Source of the DNA: a virus
Lineage: Duplodnaviria > Caudoviricetes
Strand: one strand, 5' to 3'
IMG/VR virus record: IMGVR_UViG_3300044630_000112
Coordinates: 1-25,533 of that record
DNA: 25,533 nucleotides
Part shown: in pieces, positions 25,352 to 25,533 of the stretch
Layout: each line of letters begins with the position of its first letter
Numbering within the stretch: position 1 is the stretch's first letter
The notes under the pieces: model-generated
Databases searched by the model: none
Told to the model about the DNA's origin: nothing
What the model saw: the letters and a program-made list of their open reading frames with translations, nothing else
Translations under genes and position numbers: made by a program

Positions 25352-25533
25352 TTATCTAGTCACCTGAGCCGATACTTCAACTTGTCCTTGAACAACGCGT
25401 GTAACATTAGCGCCTTGATAAATTTCAATGTCATAGTCATAAGGGCCTTGATTGATTGCGCCTGTTTGTGTGGCTGTCGCATGTAAAGCAATGTTGCCTG
25501 TTGCGCCAGTAATAACAATGCCACCGTTTTCTG
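25352..25533 (-). CDS. LtfC/p132-like beta-sandwich fibre-anchor protein (5' end outside window)
   Basis: Hand translation: ...ENGGIVITGATGNIALHATATQTGAINQGPYDYDIEIYQGANVTRVVQGQVEVSAQVTR-stop, directly abutting the collagen ATG. The YD.EI...VTRVVQG.V.VS..VTR signature is typical of this family. Confidence 0.7.
   Translation of the reverse strand, partial: ENGGIVITGATGNIALHATATQTGAINQGPYDYDIEIYQGANVTRVVQGQVEVSAQVTR

Larger units (their letters stand above)
1..25533 (-). mobile_element. Siphovirus-type phage head-tail morphogenesis region (free phage or prophage cannot be told)
   Basis: Co-oriented portal, MuF, protease, capsid, adaptor, tail tube, frameshifted chaperone, tape measure, Dit and fibres, with tight TAATG/TGATG coupling. 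No sheath or baseplate wedge genes, and no host genes or integrase in the window. Confidence 0.95.

Noticed and set aside
25349-25354. In-frame TAA-ATG junction suggesting read-through fusion of anchor and collagen (also at 6478-6483)
   Set aside because: TAA is an efficient stop used throughout, genes are intact in the standard code, and abutting genes are normal translational coupling.

Overview
The window is the virion morphogenesis region of a long-tailed (siphovirus-type) dsDNA phage, about 40-45% GC by eye, encoded almost entirely on the minus strand. A low-GC freshwater actinobacterial host is my inference from gene content and a leaderless TAnnnT promoter. Order in transcription direction (high to low coordinates): a partial LtfC-like fibre-anchor gene; a 1443-aa proline-poor collagen fibre; an inverted three-gene cassette (GH130/GT108-like propeller, TPR protein, FkbM methyltransferase) sitting where terminase usually abuts the portal; portal; a long MuF protein fused to an HExxH metallopeptidase and an ADP-ribosyltransferase (ART)-like domain; a small candidate immunity gene; a second ART-like protein; prohead protease/scaffold; major capsid protein; a 38-aa MCxxCGC micro-ORF missing from the ORF track; a Zn-ribbon protein; adaptor; tail terminator; tail tube; tail chaperone with a -1 frameshift; a displaced HK97 gp10-like gene; tape measure; Dit; a short fibre; and a partial Gly-rich adhesin. 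The best candidates for new biology are a self-glycosylated/methylated collagen fibre that shares a tip domain with the tail fibre, a protease-processed head-cargo effector cluster marked by an IEK-G/A motif, twin HypB-like N-terminal CxxCGC motifs, and a pseudoknot-capable terminator before the chaperone. All family assignments come from motif recognition, not database searches.
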